Source of the DNA: an uncultured Nitrospiraceae bacterium
GTDB lineage: Bacteria > Nitrospirota > Thermodesulfovibrionia > Thermodesulfovibrionales > Dissulfurispiraceae
DNA length: 44,088 nucleotides
Assembly (NCBI GenBank): GCA_947085205.1
Contig: CAMTVO010000034.1
Location: 1-44,088, forward strand
Direction of reading: 5' to 3'
The position numbers and the translations under genes were made by a program. Below, piece after piece: positions 8,742 through 17,813 of this stretch; the stretch's first letter is position 1, and each line of letters starts with the position of its first letter. The notes beneath the pieces are model-generated. The model was given only the letters and a program-made list of their open reading frames with translations, was not told the DNA's origin and ran no database searches.

Positions 8742-11700
8742 ATGGTAAGCATTACGAATGTTAGCAGTGGGCAGGCGTCGACCTATTACCAGCGCGACAA
8801 CTATTACACACGTGCCGATGGACAATGGCAGGGCGCGGGCGCCTCGGCATTAGGACTATCCGGGGCGATCCAAAAAGATGATTTTGAAAACCTCATACAT
8901 GGCCGGGACCCGCAGGGTGACCGGCTTATAGCCGGCGGCGGCGAAAACCACGAACACCGCGCAGGCGTGGATCTCACTTTTAGCGCGCCGAAATCGGTAT
9001 CGGTGCTGCATGAAGTTTCAGGAGACCAGCGGATACTGGACGCACACAACCGGGCGGTGGAGAGGACACTACAATACGTGGAAGAACATTATACTCAGGC
9101 ACGGCAGACGCAGGACGGCGTAACTGAACGCGTCGATACCGGCAATATGGTCATCGCAAAATTTACCCACTATGTCAGCCGGGAGCTTGACATGCAGATA
9201 CATACGCACGGTGTAGCAATGAACATGACACAGCGAGAGGACGGTCAATGGCGGGCATTATCGAACGAGGAATTATATAACAACAAAATGCACATCGGGC
9301 AGATATACAGGAACGAATTAGCGGTAGAACTGAAAGAAATTAACTACGCGATTAAGACCGACAGTAGAGGTTTTTTTGAAATCCAGGGCATAGACCAGAA
9401 AGTGCTTGACGAGTTTTCCAGACGCAGCGAACAGATACAGTCAGCAATGGAAGACCTCAAAAAACAGTATCCAGACGCCAGCGAAAGCAAGATCAAGGAA
9501 ATGGCATGTCTCGACAGCCGCGTGGCCAAGAAAGATGTAAACATGGACGATGTAAGACAAACGTGGCAGGAAAGGCTTGAAAAACTTGGATATACCAAAG
9601 AACAGATACAGGCATCCGTCCAAAAGGCAGCGGAAGAAATGAGGGCAATTGAGAGGGGTCAAGGGCATGAGAACAACCCCGAAAAGACAGCAGGCGCAGG
9701 AGTTGCAGCGGCAGGCAGAATAATTACAGAACAGGAAAGCGTGTTTTCACGTAAAGACCTTCAGGATACTGCAATGAAGATGTCGATTGGTGATGCACGC
9801 ATAGACGACATCGAAAGGGCGATAGAGAGGGCGGAGAGAAACGGAGACCTCATAAGATTGGATGAGGGCAAATATACCACGCATGAGATGATACGGATTG
9901 AGAATGACATCGTGGAGAAAGTAAGGGACGGACACGGCAAGGCAGAGGCACTGGACGCAGAGAAAGTGCAGGCAGGTATACAGGAATACGAGAAAGAAAA
10001 AGGCTTTTACTTATCCGAGAACCAGAAAAACGCAATATCTCATATCCTCACCAGCAAGGACAGCGTAATAGGCATACAGGGCGATGCAGGGACAGGAAAA
10101 ACCACAGCATTGCAGGTAATGAGAGAGATAGCATCCAGGCATGGGTATGAAGTCAAGGGATATGCATACACAGGCAAGGCAGCGGAAGAGATAGAGAAAG
10201 CAAGCGGTATCCAGTCGCGGACATTACACTCATTCCTTGGAGAAAAAACAGAGGCAACAGCAGGAACAAAGGAGATATGGGTAGTGGACGAGGCCTCAAT
10301 GATGGGCAGCAGGCAGATGCACGGCCTGCTGGAGCGGGCGGAGGCAGCAGGGGCAAAAGTGGCAATGGTGGGGGATACCAAGCAATTGCAATCCATCGAG
10401 GCCGGCCGGATGTTTCAGAAGCTCCAGGAGACCGGCGACATGAAGACAGTGAGAATGTCCGAAGTCCAGAGGCAAAAAACAGAAGATTATAGAGATATAG
10501 TAAAAGACATATCCGAAAAGCGATTTGAAAAAGCGATGGAAAAACTTGAAAACACAGGAAAGATACATGAGATAGCAGACAGGCAGCAGAGGATTGACGC
10601 CATCGTGAAAGACTACACGGACAGCAAGAAAGACACAATCATAGTCACAGCACTGAACAAGGACAGGAATGAGATTAACGACCGCATCCATTCTGAACTA
10701 ATGAGACAGGGTAGGATAGGACAGCAGGAATATGAGTTTAACGTCAGAGAAAGCAAAAACTTGTCACCGATTGAAAAGCATTTTGGACAGAATTATGAGA
10801 AAGGCGACATAGTAATTGCGAACCATGCAGGCATCATGGGCAGGGCAGGAACAGAGGGAAAAGTAACCAGAGTAGACCATCAGAACCACAGAATTGAGGT
10901 TGAGACCAGAGGGAAAAATAGAGAGAGTGTCAAACATGAGATAGACCTGAAAGAACACGGACAGAACCTTGCAGTATACCGGGAAAAGCAGCAGTCATTT
11001 TCACAGGGAGAAAAGGTTGTCTTTCAGAAAAATGACCGCAGTCTTGGAGTGAAAAACGGGCAGACAGGAACGATTGAAAGTATAGATAAGGACGGTAGGG
11101 CAACCGTGAAAATGCACGATGGCCAGGAGAAGAAAATCAACCTTTCCACACAATACAATTACATCGACAGGGGCTATGCAGTTACATCATACAAGAGCCA
11201 GGGACAGACAGCAGACCGGGTGATTTTCCATTCAGTAGCTACCGAAAAATCAGAGGGCAGAGGGACGAATTATAACGAGGCTTATGTCGCCGCTACCCGA
11301 GGCAAGCACGACCTCAAAATTTACACGAACGACAAACAGAAATTCACCGAACAAATGAAAGTAGAACAGCAGAAAACCAGCACTTTGGATTATGAGAAAA
11401 CAGCAGAATGGAGAAGTGAGAAAGCAGAAAAACAGACAGGCAGAAAAACAGAAAAACACGAAAGCGCGAGGTCAGAAAAACACGAAAGCAGAAAAGCAGA
11501 AAAGCGGGAATATGAAGACAGAAAAGCGCAAAAACAGCATGGCACAGGAGTGACAAAATTACCTGACAGGGCACCAGGGAAACAGAGCTGGTGGGATAGA
11601 GCGCTCCCCGGCGGAAAAATTGAAATATCTCCACTGGTCGGAACAATAAAAGAATCTCAAAAGGGTATTTCATTTTATACAACGCGGGAGGGTTTTTTTG

Positions 11701-12275
11701 GGGACAAAGTAAAAAAGGGAAAATACATATCAGGGGAAAAGAAAGGAACTCAATTTAGGAATGAATACCGTGTTGACCAGGGGCTTTTTGGGAAAAAGCT
11801 TAAAGGCACATACGTGGAAAAACGTAAGGACGGAACTATAGTGGTAAGCAAGTATGAATATCGCCAAAAAGACACTTTATCATCTGTGTTTTTCGGGCGC
11901 GGGAATATCAAGCCAAAAATGGAAATGACTAAGTCCGAAACATACATTATTAGACCGGATGAGGCGCGGAAGTGGGCAGGTAAGGATGTGCAGAAATTGG
12001 AAAAAACCCTGAAAGCGAAATACGCGGAAAAAATAATTAAGAAAGCCGAAAAAATGGGAAAAGGGCAATACAAGGAAAGCGCAAAAACGAAAGAGCCAAC
12101 CACGCTGAAAAGCTCAGGAGTGAATGAGAAAGTTTACCGACACCACGAGACTGAAAACGTAAAATCCCGCGGAGCGGAAAGAGAGAAAACAGCAGGAAGT
12201 GAAAGCGCAAAATCACAAGCACAGGAAACCTCAAAATCGCAAGGGCAAAATCAAAACCAAGGTCGTGGCAGGTAG
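8742..12275 (+). CDS. trwC: MOBF conjugative relaxase-helicase (TrwC/TraI family)
   Basis: YY-x4-YY (YYQRDNYY), DLTFSAPKSVS, H..SR..D.QIHTH, EFSRRS, Walker A GDAGTGKT, DEASM and YAVTSYKSQGQT. Confidence 0.96.
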   Translation: MVSITNVSSGQASTYYQRDNYYTRADGQWQGAGASALGLSGAIQKDDFENLIHGRDPQGDRLIAGGGENHEHRAGVDLTFSAPKSVSVLHEVSGDQRILDAHNRAVERTLQYVEEHYTQARQTQDGVTERVDTGNMVIAKFTHYVSRELDMQIHTHGVAMNMTQREDGQWRALSNEELYNNKMHIGQIYRNELAVELKEINYAIKTDSRGFFEIQGIDQKVLDEFSRRSEQIQSAMEDLKKQYPDASESKIKEMACLDSRVAKKDVNMDDVRQTWQERLEKLGYTKEQIQASVQKAAEEMRAIERGQGHENNPEKTAGAGVAAAGRIITEQESVFSRKDLQDTAMKMSIGDARIDDIERAIERAERNGDLIRLDEGKYTTHEMIRIENDIVEKVRDGHGKAEALDAEKVQAGIQEYEKEKGFYLSENQKNAISHILTSKDSVIGIQGDAGTGKTTALQVMREIASRHGYEVKGYAYTGKAAEEIEKASGIQSRTLHSFLGEKTEATAGTKEIWVVDEASMMGSRQMHGLLERAEAAGAKVAMVGDTKQLQSIEAGRMFQKLQETGDMKTVRMSEVQRQKTEDYRDIVKDISEKRFEKAMEKLENTGKIHEIADRQQRIDAIVKDYTDSKKDTIIVTALNKDRNEINDRIHSELMRQGRIGQQEYEFNVRESKNLSPIEKHFGQNYEKGDIVIANHAGIMGRAGTEGKVTRVDHQNHRIEVETRGKNRESVKHEIDLKEHGQNLAVYREKQQSFSQGEKVVFQKNDRSLGVKNGQTGTIESIDKDGRATVKMHDGQEKKINLSTQYNYIDRGYAVTSYKSQGQTADRVIFHSVATEKSEGRGTNYNEAYVAATRGKHDLKIYTNDKQKFTEQMKVEQQKTSTLDYEKTAEWRSEKAEKQTGRKTEKHESARSEKHESRKAEKREYEDRKAQKQHGTGVTKLPDRAPGKQSWWDRALPGGKIEISPLVGTIKESQKGISFYTTREGFFGDKVKKGKYISGEKKGTQFRNEYRVDQGLFGKKLKGTYVEKRKDGTIVVSKYEYRQKDTLSSVFFGRGNIKPKMEMTKSETYIIRPDEARKWAGKDVQKLEKTLKAKYAEKIIKKAEKMGKGQYKESAKTKEPTTLKSSGVNEKVYRHHETENVKSRGAEREKTAGSESAKSQAQETSKSQGQNQNQGRGR

Positions 12276-12312
12276 CGGTTATTTCCGTTTTATTTCCCTA
12301 AAGACCAATCGG

Positions 12313-12368
12313 AAGGAGAGGGTAGAATTATCGCTAATCACTCTAATACTACCCTCTCCTTTTTTTTA
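12313..12368 (+). terminator. Intrinsic terminator after relaxase
   Basis: AAGGAGAGGGTAG / CTACCCTCTCCTT stem followed by a T-tract. Confidence 0.75.
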
Positions 12369-12481
12369 TCGCACACTGTCAATTTACATCGACAGAGTGC
12401 TTTAAACGACAGGGTAGTTGTATTGAGAGGTAGGCTAAAATTGCCTTACCTCAGACACAAGACCAGTTTTCCCGCTTTAGT

Positions 12482-12527
12482 ATCACACCCAACGCAACCT
12501 TCGTTTGCAAGGTGCGTTGGATGTGAT
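12482..12527 (-). other. Candidate oriT (MOBF nic-like site in an inverted repeat)
   Basis: The minus strand reads TGCGTTGGGTGT^GAT, resembling the F (TGCGTGGGGTGT^) and pKM101 (TGCGTTAGGTGT^) nic sites. It lies upstream of a RHH gene. Confidence 0.65.
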
Positions 12528-12709
12528 TGTTTTCTAAGGTTTTAAAAGGCTACCTTTTACCTATCTTTTTAGCCTCAAATCAAGAATTATCAATCTTTTG
12601 AGAGGTTACCACTGTTTTTATCCTCAAAGGATACCAAAGATACCATAGTGAAAAATGAAAATGCATATATATAAGAGAGTTAGATTTTACACTTAAGGAG
12701 GTAAGGAAA

Positions 12710-13084
12710 ATGGCAAGGCAGGTAAATCTGAAATTTAGGGAAAACGAATATGAGGAACTTGAGTTTATGGCGAGGTCGGCAGGGTTAAAAGTGCCTGCAT
12801 ACATCCGCCAAAAACTCAAAAGCGCACTCAAGGAAGAGGCCAGAGATGGTGCATTGGTAATCCGCATGATTGAGACAATGGAAAAACTCCAAAACCATCT
12901 TTACCTGACTGGTGGAAAGCAGGAAATGCAGGGTGACGGTGAGGTAAAAAAGCTTGCAATGTTTATGTCCAAAATGGCTAAAGAAATTTTTTCTCAGGTC
13001 ATCATAGACAAAGACAAAAGAAAAGCTTTTTACGAAAAGTTTACGGCGGAAGAGTTGGAGCTATTTGAGAGAGGGGGTGACTAA
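12710..13084 (+). CDS. Ribbon-helix-helix protein, probable relaxosome accessory factor (TrwA/MobC-like)
   Basis: QVNLKF-ENEYEELEFMARSAGL-VPAYIRQKL RHH pattern, RBS AAGGAGGT, and position next to the oriT candidate. Confidence 0.7.
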   Translation: MARQVNLKFRENEYEELEFMARSAGLKVPAYIRQKLKSALKEEARDGALVIRMIETMEKLQNHLYLTGGKQEMQGDGEVKKLAMFMSKMAKEIFSQVIIDKDKRKAFYEKFTAEELELFERGGD

Positions 13085-13887
13085 TGCGATATTTCAAGCT
13101 TTCAATAGTCATCGCTACCGCGGTTTTTCTTGCATGGCATACTCAGATTTTCATTGCAAGCATAGAGCCCAACCCGGTGTTTTCTTGGTTAGCCTCTATC
13201 CTCATAGAATGCATGATTATAGCTCTCGCTTTGCAGTTCCGGCAGAGGAAGACATCTCTCATTTTTCTCATACCGCTATATCTCATTTCCACGATTGCAG
13301 CCAGCGCAAGTTTCATTGTTCAAAATGAGGGCGAACTGGAGAAAATGCTTAGTCAAAAGCAGCAGATTGAACTACTTTCAGATGACCTGAAAGCCACTAA
13401 AGAGGCATATAGCCATGGCCAAAAATACGTGACCAGGACACTGGAAAGGGAGAGAAGACTCCGGGACGCGATGCTCCAAATTTCAGGGCAGGCGAGTGGC
13501 AGAATTGCGACAGGCAAGGCAGTAGTTTTTCTGATTTTAGTGGTGGTCATGCAGGCGGTTTCAGTGTATCTCGCATCGACTGTTACAGCGTCACACCGTA
13601 ACAGTGTTACAGGGCGTAACAGTAACAGTGTAACAGCGTCACATAGCAGCGTAACAGGGGGAAAAGCAGAAGATGTTACAGCACATGATATACCTGTTAC
13701 GACTACTCAAAAGGCAGAGGAAAACGCACAACGGACAGATACGAAAAATGACATACAGGCAAATATGAAACCACTTGAAATGCAGATAATTGGAATGCGA
13801 AATCAGGGATTGTCATATCGTCAGATTGCGAGAGAATTAGGCATTTCAACAATGACAATTTCAAGAGTTCTAAAAAGGCAAAAGTGA
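13084..13887 (+). CDS. Multi-pass membrane protein with C-terminal HTH
   Basis: About 4 hydrophobic segments, a coiled coil, a VT-repeat linker and GLSYRQIARELGISTMTISRVLK. Confidence 0.75.
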   Translation: MRYFKLSIVIATAVFLAWHTQIFIASIEPNPVFSWLASILIECMIIALALQFRQRKTSLIFLIPLYLISTIAASASFIVQNEGELEKMLSQKQQIELLSDDLKATKEAYSHGQKYVTRTLERERRLRDAMLQISGQASGRIATGKAVVFLILVVVMQAVSVYLASTVTASHRNSVTGRNSNSVTASHSSVTGGKAEDVTAHDIPVTTTQKAEENAQRTDTKNDIQANMKPLEMQIIGMRNQGLSYRQIARELGISTMTISRVLKRQK

Positions 13888-13941
13888 AAAAGCAAAATGC
13901 ATATATATGTTGTGATTTTAAGATTAAAGGGGGTGATAACA

Positions 13942-14250
13942 ATGAGCAAAGCAATAGCAGATGAAATCAGGGCAGAGGCAATAAAGCTGATTGAGTTTGA
14001 GTTTCAGAATAACTCGTCACACTTAAGAGAACGTGCTATTAAGTTATTCAAAATAGCATATCGGCTTGAACAGGCTTTAGCAAAGCCTAACATGAGCATG
14101 ACCATTAAAACCGAACACAGCGCACTAAAGCAGGAGATAATCGAAATGCGAAATCAGGGTAAATCATACAGGCAAATATCGAGGAAATTAGGAGTGCCAA
14201 CGTCAACGGTTTACAAAATTTTTAAGCGCTATGTATGCGAGAAAATTTAA
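13942..14250 (+). CDS. Small HTH protein
   Basis: ATG 13942 after GGGGGTG. C-terminal MRNQGKSYRQISRKLGVPTSTVYKIFK. Confidence 0.75.
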   Translation: MSKAIADEIRAEAIKLIEFEFQNNSSHLRERAIKLFKIAYRLEQALAKPNMSMTIKTEHSALKQEIIEMRNQGKSYRQISRKLGVPTSTVYKIFKRYVCEKI

Positions 14251-14276
14251 CATCACATCAGAAAGGAGATAAGAAA

Positions 14277-14519
14277 ATGGCAGTCAAGGAAGTAACAATC
14301 AAGGTAATGGACGGACACTTACGGTGTCCAGCGTGTTCGGGTTTTCTCTACGACGCTATACACGCAGGGGATAGGAGATGGACATATCTGTATCGTGACA
14401 GCAAGCACTGCAGCAAGTGCGGGCGTGACTGGAAGATAACAAGACGGAACGGTAAGTGCACGATATACCAGTTTCCAATCCGAGAGGATGGGGTGGTAGC
14501 AAAGGGGGTGATAGTATGA
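14277..14519 (+). CDS. Small zinc-ribbon protein
   Basis: RBS AAAGGAG. CPAC...CSKC motif. Confidence 0.65.
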   Translation: MAVKEVTIKVMDGHLRCPACSGFLYDAIHAGDRRWTYLYRDSKHCSKCGRDWKITRRNGKCTIYQFPIREDGVVAKGVIV

Positions 14520-14686
14520 AATGCGACACTTGCCATTTTGCAGTCGAAGGCGTAACGCCGGAACATGACAACTGCATGGATTGCATAAGACGGGCAGAGA
14601 CGGTGCAGATGATCTTGATTTTTCTGGTCCCGTTATCTTTCATCGCAGGATATACATTCAAGACAATCGAGAAATTTATCGACTGA
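14516..14686 (+). CDS. Small Cys-rich protein with C-terminal TM segment
   Basis: ATGA overlap with the previous gene, RBS GGGGGTG, CDTC..CMDC and a hydrophobic tail. Confidence 0.55.
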   Translation: MKCDTCHFAVEGVTPEHDNCMDCIRRAETVQMILIFLVPLSFIAGYTFKTIEKFID

Positions 14687-14748
14687 AAAATCAAAATGCA
14701 TATATATGTATGAGAACATTTCACATCAGAAAAGGGGGTGATGAAAAC

Positions 14749-14931
14749 ATGGGAAGAAAGACGCCGGACCAGCTCCGGGCTGAGGCCCGGCGCCTGATGG
14801 AACTTGCGAGGCAGCTTGAGGACCAGCAGGCGGTAGGAATAGGCAGGGCGATCCTATCCAGAAAGGACGAACTTGAGAAAATGGACGCCGGGGAATTAAA
14901 AACTTTTTTGATTGAAATTTTGAGCAAATAA
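14749..14931 (+). CDS. Hypothetical 60-aa helical protein
   Basis: RBS GGGGGTG before ATG 14749. It lies downstream of a motif copy. Confidence 0.6.
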   Translation: MGRKTPDQLRAEARRLMELARQLEDQQAVGIGRAILSRKDELEKMDAGELKTFLIEILSK

Positions 14932-14948
14932 AAAAGGAGGTAAAATTA

Positions 14949-15323
14949 ATGTCAGACTTAATCGCAAAACTCAAAGAAAAAGAACAGGAAAAGGGCAAAA
15001 AAAGCATATTCTGGAGACCTAATCCCGGGGACATTCTTGAAGGCAGGGTGCTAGCAATCGGTAGCACAATCACAAGTTTTGGCGATGGCGACTACGTGGA
15101 GCTGGAAACCACAGACGGACAGAAAATCACAATTTGGTTGAACTCAATTCTAAAAAAACTAGTGGAGCAGGAAGACGTATCCGAGGGCGACCGGGTGGCT
15201 ATCAAGTTCGTGGGCGTGGTGACCAGCTCAAAAAACAAGAAACGGGCATACAAGGATTACGTCTTAGTCAAGGACACAGAGGCCACAGAGGACGCACCGG
15301 AGACTGAACCGGAGGCAGCTTAA
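14949..15323 (+). CDS. Putative OB-fold single-stranded DNA-binding protein
   Basis: W.P.PGD.LEG beta-rich core, GDRVAIKFVG and acidic C-tail DTEATEDAPETEPEAA. RBS AGGAGGT. Confidence 0.55.
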   Translation: MSDLIAKLKEKEQEKGKKSIFWRPNPGDILEGRVLAIGSTITSFGDGDYVELETTDGQKITIWLNSILKKLVEQEDVSEGDRVAIKFVGVVTSSKNKKRAYKDYVLVKDTEATEDAPETEPEAA

Positions 15324-15339
15324 TTTTTACCAGTAGGTA

Positions 15340-15375
15340 AGTTAGTGCTAACTCACAAGCAAGTTAGCACTAACT
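15340..15375. promoter_or_regulatory. Double palindromic operator AGTTAG-N2-CTAACT x2
   Basis: 15340-15353 and 15362-15375 are exact reverse complements, and each is itself palindromic. They lie upstream of the coupling protein RBS. Confidence 0.65.
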
Positions 15376-15404
15376 ACCATATCACAATCACATAGGAGGT
15401 TAAC

Positions 15405-17060
15405 ATGCAATATAAAGAGAATAGAGGGTATAAAGGTTTTGAGACGTGGTTTCACTCGATACAAATGGAAGCGAAGATGTATATATATACATTTCTTATC
15501 GTCTTGCTCTTACATCTTGCTATCCCGGTTCTTTACCTTTTCATTTTCAAATTTAACTTGGTGGAGATTTTGTTTTTTACGATTTCTAATTTTCGCTTTG
15601 ACGTGCTGCCGCGCGTGTTTAAAGTCATGATTAAATACGCGTGGATTATTTTCGTTCTTGCTACTCCAATATGGCTGCTATACCCTGCCATGCTCCGCAA
15701 GTGGAAAAGCAAGTCAAGCGAGATGATGAAAGACCAGCACTTACGAGGCAGCAAGCTGGTATCCGAGGATGAACTCAAAAAGCTCATGAAAAACGAACAA
15801 TCATCGTTGCAGCTTGGCAGAATACCATTACCCACGAGGGCGGAAACAAGGCATTTCCTCGTTACTGGGCGTCCGGGCACAGGAAAGACAACGCTCATGA
15901 ATTCTGTTATTTCCAAGCTCCGGGATAGAGGTGAAAAGTGTCTGATATACGATTTCAAGGGCGATTATTTATCGCACTTTTATCGTGCTGAGACTGATTA
16001 CATCTTCAATCCACTTGATACCCGCTCAATGCACTGGTGCTTGTTCGATGAGATACGGATGCACCCGGATATTGACAGCATTGCAACGTCCCTAATCCCG
16101 CCGGCGAACGACGACAAATTTTGGACAGATGCGGCGCGGGACGTATTTGCATCGATACTTCACTATTGCGTGAAAAGCGGAGAAACAACGAACGCGGACA
16201 TATGGAAATACGCTAGCTATGCAGAGTCGCCTATGCTTGAACTCATGCAGAACGCAGTAGAACAAGGCATAGAAGAGGCAAAAAGAGCAACGGGATACTT
16301 GCAGGGATATGAGAAAGGCTCAAAAGTGGCATCTGATGTTCTCTCTACTATGAGGCAATATACCAATGCTTTTTTCTACACGAGGCATTTAGGAAATGAT
16401 TTCTCAATCAAGCGGTGGTTAGAAGAAGATGGATCATCCTTTATTTTTCTCACAAATTACAGCAATCTACGGGACACGTTGAAACCGCTGCTATCCTTAT
16501 TCCTTGATACTGCTTTGAAACATCTCTTATCATTGCCTGAAAACTTGAACCGGCGCAGGTTTGTGATTATCGATGAGTTTGCGTCACTTCAACGGTTAAG
16601 CTCACTAGTTCAGGCGCTTGAGCAGGCACGCAGTAAAGGCGGGTCAATATGGATAGCCACGCAGGACGTGGGGCAAATCCAGAAGATATACTCCCCGGAA
16701 ACCACTAACACAATCGTGAACACGTCAAACACGCTGATATCCTTTGCACTGAACGATCCACTATCTTCTGATTTTCTCAGCAGGGCATTTGGTGAGCGTG
16801 AGATCCTCGAAACAGATGAGAGTATATCAATGGGTCCCGCAGACCAGCGCGACGGCCTGAACATCCAGCGGCGCAGGAAAACAGAAAAGCTGCTACTACC
16901 AAGCGAGTTTATCACCCTGCCCGATTTGAATTTTTACATCAAGATGCTTTCCTATCCCATTACACAAACCCGCGTGGACATAACCCGACTGGAAAAAAGG
17001 CAGGACAGCTTTGTGCTCAATCCGATTTTTCACCTAAAATCGGAAAACGAAAATGGATAA
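15405..17060 (+). CDS. trwB: Type IV coupling protein (TrwB/TraD family)
   Basis: Two N-terminal TM segments, HLRGS, Walker A GRPGTGKT, IYDFKGD, FNPLD.R, Walker B IIDEFASL and ARSKGG..IATQ. Confidence 0.93.
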   Translation: MQYKENRGYKGFETWFHSIQMEAKMYIYTFLIVLLLHLAIPVLYLFIFKFNLVEILFFTISNFRFDVLPRVFKVMIKYAWIIFVLATPIWLLYPAMLRKWKSKSSEMMKDQHLRGSKLVSEDELKKLMKNEQSSLQLGRIPLPTRAETRHFLVTGRPGTGKTTLMNSVISKLRDRGEKCLIYDFKGDYLSHFYRAETDYIFNPLDTRSMHWCLFDEIRMHPDIDSIATSLIPPANDDKFWTDAARDVFASILHYCVKSGETTNADIWKYASYAESPMLELMQNAVEQGIEEAKRATGYLQGYEKGSKVASDVLSTMRQYTNAFFYTRHLGNDFSIKRWLEEDGSSFIFLTNYSNLRDTLKPLLSLFLDTALKHLLSLPENLNRRRFVIIDEFASLQRLSSLVQALEQARSKGGSIWIATQDVGQIQKIYSPETTNTIVNTSNTLISFALNDPLSSDFLSRAFGEREILETDESISMGPADQRDGLNIQRRRKTEKLLLPSEFITLPDLNFYIKMLSYPITQTRVDITRLEKRQDSFVLNPIFHLKSENENG

Positions 17061-17085
17061 TGCATATATATGTAGGAGGTGCAAC

Positions 17086-17391
17086 ATGAAAGAAATAATA
17101 ATAATAAGGTTACTTAGCCTTGCACTTGCAGGTGCGGGGTTAGGATATGGGTTGAATGAGATTAACCAATTGCCACATAAGCAAGAAATTCCAGACTTCC
17201 AACAGGTAATTAAGCCTGTAGTATCTCAGATATCACAGGCAGTATCAGCAGCAGCAGCAGAGGAAAGGAAAACCCAATCAATACTGATAACTAAGTATAA
17301 GCCTGATGAATTTTATCAGGCACAAGCACGCGTTGATATATGTAGCTATTACATTGACATGTCCGACTGCCCAAAAGGAGGTGAAAACTAA
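17086..17391 (+). CDS. Hypothetical membrane-anchored/secreted protein
   Basis: AGGAGGT RBS before ATG 17086. Hydrophobic N-terminus. Confidence 0.65.
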   Translation: MKEIIIIRLLSLALAGAGLGYGLNEINQLPHKQEIPDFQQVIKPVVSQISQAVSAAAAEERKTQSILITKYKPDEFYQAQARVDICSYYIDMSDCPKGGEN

Positions 17392-17711
17392 TGTCAGGAT
17401 TGATGAAGATACTTGTCATTACCGCGCCGGTGCTTGCTTTGCTCTTATTTTATGTCATTACAAAGCAATCGCAAATGGACACTGAAATGAAAAAAGAGGA
17501 CGCAAGGTTTGAACGCGAGTGGGCAGAGTTTAATAAGGACTTTTCAACGTCAGGCGACCGGCAGAAATATGAACAGCGGGCTCAGCAGGCGGAGCAGGAG
17601 TTCCAAGAGCTGAAGAAAAAGGAAAAGGAGAAAGAAGAAAAGACCGAGCGGATTGAAAAGGAACTCGAGAAGGCAATAGAAGAACACGGCAAGGACGCCG
17701 GGAAAAAGTGA
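17391..17711 (+). CDS. Hypothetical N-terminal TM plus coiled-coil protein
   Basis: RBS AGGAGGT, TAATG overlap with the previous gene and an E/K-rich coil. Confidence 0.7.
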   Translation: MSGLMKILVITAPVLALLLFYVITKQSQMDTEMKKEDARFEREWAEFNKDFSTSGDRQKYEQRAQQAEQEFQELKKKEKEKEEKTERIEKELEKAIEEHGKDAGKK

Positions 17712-17813
17712 AAAAGCAAAATGCATATATATATTGTAGTACGGGGCAAATAAAATAAGGGGGCGGAAGGCGTCCTTGACGCCGGCCCTCTACAAATGCC
17801 CAAGGGGTGAAAA

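Noticed and set aside
8804..12234. Numerous antisense ORFs within the relaxase and other long genes
   Set aside because: Shadow frames of well-supported genes with no independent motifs.
14516..14540. CDTCH as a c-type heme-binding motif
   Set aside because: It is at the extreme N-terminus with no export signal, and a second CxxC suggests Zn binding.
15477..15489. ATGTATATATAT as a tenth motif copy
   Set aside because: It has a core mismatch, lacks the A-rich upstream part and lies inside the trwB coding sequence (MYIY).
13897..17085. Track-proposed starts at 13897, 14235, 14456, 14581 and 17053
   Set aside because: These extensions run through the motif or the upstream gene. Downstream ATGs have clear Shine-Dalgarno sites.
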